Below are positions 62,387 through 64,000 of a stretch of 64,000 bases of DNA, in pieces. The position numbers and the translations under genes were made by a program. Every line of letters begins with the position of its first letter. The first letter of the stretch is position 1. The notes under the pieces were generated by a model. The model did not search any database. It saw only the letters and a program-made list of their open reading frames with translations, and was not told the origin of the DNA. This DNA comes from Chitinophagales bacterium (GTDB lineage Bacteria > Bacteroidota > Bacteroidia > Chitinophagales > JADIYW01), in assembly GCA_044227665.1 (NCBI GenBank), contig JBGAWK010000009.1, positions 2,592 through 66,591 on the forward strand. The letters are read 5' to 3'.

Positions 62387-64000
62387 ATGTTTGTAATAAA
62401 ACGCGACGGCAGAAGAGAGCCTGTTCATTTTGACAAAATCACAGCAAGAATAAGCAAACTATGTTTTGGCCTCAACGAAAAGTATGTAGTGCCACATCGT
62501 ATAGCGCAGAACGTGATTCAAGGGCTATATGACGGAGTATCCACAACAGAACTGGACAATCTTGCCGCAGAAACATCCGCATCTATGGCAGTCATACATC
62601 CAGACTATGCCTTACTCGCAGCCAGAATAGCCGTATCCAACCTACACAAGAACACCAAGAAAGTATTCTCTCGTGTAATGGAAGACCTATATAATTATAT
62701 AGACCCCAAAACACAGCAAAAAGCACAGCTTATCTCCGATACTGTACATGATATGATTCAAATACATAAGGACAGACTAGATGCTGCGGTGGTACATCAC
62801 AGAGACTATGAATACGATTATTTCGGATTCAAGACACTAGAGCGTTCCTACCTTATGCGTATCAATGGCAAGGTGGCAGAGAGGCCACAACACATGCTCA
62901 TGCGTGTAGCCATAGGCATACACATGGAAGACATTGACGCCGCTATCGAAACCTATAACTTGATGTCAGAGAAGTGGTTTACACACGCCACACCTACATT
63001 ATTCAATGCAGGCACACCTAAGCCCCAACTTTCCTCATGCTTCCTTCTTACCATGAAAGACGACAGCATTTCTGGCATCTTTGACACACTAAAGCAATGT
63101 GCCGAAATTTCGCAATCTGCAGGCGGTATAGGGCTAAGCATTCACAATATCAGAGCAACGGGAAGCTATATCCGAGGAACAAATGGCACCAGCAATGGTA
63201 TTATTCCTATGCTCAGAGTATTCAATGATACGGCACGCTATGTAGATCAAGGTGGCGGCAAGCGCAAAGGTGCCTTTGCTATATACCTAGAACCTTGGCA
63301 TGCCGATATATTTGAATTTTTAGAATTACGAAAAAATAATGGCAAAGAAGAATTGAGAGCTAGAGACCTATTCTTAGCACTATGGACAAATGACTTGTTC
63401 ATGGAACGTGTAAAAGAAAATAGTACATGGTCATTGTTCTGTCCTAATGAGACTCCTGGACTCTGCGACTCCTATGGTGAAGACTTTAGGAAATTATATC
63501 TGAAATATGAGCAAGAAGGCAGAGCTAGACGTACAGTAAAAGCACAAGAATTATGGTTTCGCATACTCGACTCACAAATAGAAACGGGTACGCCCTACAT
63601 GCTCTTCAAAGACCATGCAAACGAAAAATCTAATCAAAAAAACTTAGGCACTATACGTTCTAGCAATCTCTGCACAGAGATTATGGAATTTACTTCTAAG
63701 GATGAAGTTGCTGTCTGCAATTTAGCATCTATAAATCTCAGTAAATTCGCTGACGCTCAAAATAAGACTTTCGACTTCCAAAAGCTTTATGATATAACTT
63801 ATATTGTTACAAAGAATCTCAACAAAATAATAGATATCAATTACTATCCCATACCGGAGGCAGAGCGTAGCAACAAGAGACATCGCCCCATAGGACTAGG
63901 GGTACAAGGACTAGCAGATGCTTTCTTGATGCTTCGTCATCCCTTTGATAGTGAGGAAGCCCGAATATTGAATACAAACATCTTTGAAACTATATACTAT
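62387..64000 (+). CDS. nrdA: class Ia ribonucleotide reductase large subunit (R1), N-terminal 538 codons; the gene continues past the window end
   Basis: Open-ended, so not in the ORF track. My translation reads [29 protein letters not shown] (ATP cone)...[20 protein letters not shown]...PQLSSCFLL...[24 protein letters not shown]...SNLCTEI...AVCNLASI. Confidence 0.95.
   Translation, partial: MFVIKRDGRREPVHFDKITARISKLCFGLNEKYVVPHRIAQNVIQGLYDGVSTTELDNLAAETSASMAVIHPDYALLAARIAVSNLHKNTKKVFSRVMEDLYNYIDPKTQQKAQLISDTVHDMIQIHKDRLDAAVVHHRDYEYDYFGFKTLERSYLMRINGKVAERPQHMLMRVAIGIHMEDIDAAIETYNLMSEKWFTHATPTLFNAGTPKPQLSSCFLLTMKDDSISGIFDTLKQCAEISQSAGGIGLSIHNIRATGSYIRGTNGTSNGIIPMLRVFNDTARYVDQGGGKRKGAFAIYLEPWHADIFEFLELRKNNGKEELRARDLFLALWTNDLFMERVKENSTWSLFCPNETPGLCDSYGEDFRKLYLKYEQEGRARRTVKAQELWFRILDSQIETGTPYMLFKDHANEKSNQKNLGTIRSSNLCTEIMEFTSKDEVAVCNLASINLSKFADAQNKTFDFQKLYDITYIVTKNLNKIIDINYYPIPEAERSNKRHRPIGLGVQGLADAFLMLRHPFDSEEARILNTNIFETIYY

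Overview
This is an AT-rich chromosomal segment that reads as a member of the Bacteroidota. Supporting signs are a T9SS type-A C-terminal sorting domain, DUF3078 and DUF3109 proteins, TAnnTTTG -7 promoter boxes, SdhCAB with a single cytochrome b subunit, FloA/NfeD and a PcrB-type GGGP synthase. I call about 55 protein genes, one frameshifted pseudogene and one tRNA-Asn(GTT). Two of the genes run off the window edges and are absent from the ORF track. I saw no rRNA, CRISPR array, transposase, reverse transcriptase or prophage block. Most content is housekeeping: tgt, icd, sdhCAB, tatC, rpiB, rsgA, uvrA, ruvB, rpmF, efp, accB, miaB, icmF, dtd and nrdBA. The main unusual content is as follows. 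(1) A solitary 1226-aa single-chain nuclease-methylase-specificity restriction enzyme (23991-27671), organised like Type IIB AloI/CjeI, with an internal A9 tract and an 11-bp inverted repeat upstream. (2) A 4-TM protein translationally coupled to an SNF2 ATPase with a cysteine-less SWIM-like N-terminus (34879-38015). (3) A divergent pair made of a 483-aa TPR-like orphan and a 959-aa T9SS cargo protein. (4) An O-acetylhomoserine sulfhydrylase split by a single-base frameshift that the ORF track hides. (5) A truncated, catalytically dead tyrosine-recombinase-like gene directly downstream of icd. (6) A roughly 225-nt leader with CAGTTGC repeats ahead of a DEAD-box/cold-shock-domain operon. (7) An nrdBA pair that looks eukaryote-type. 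I found no clearly novel multi-gene system. The SNF2 module and the single-chain R-M-S gene are the best candidates for follow-up. All functional calls come from motif recognition by eye and no searches were run.
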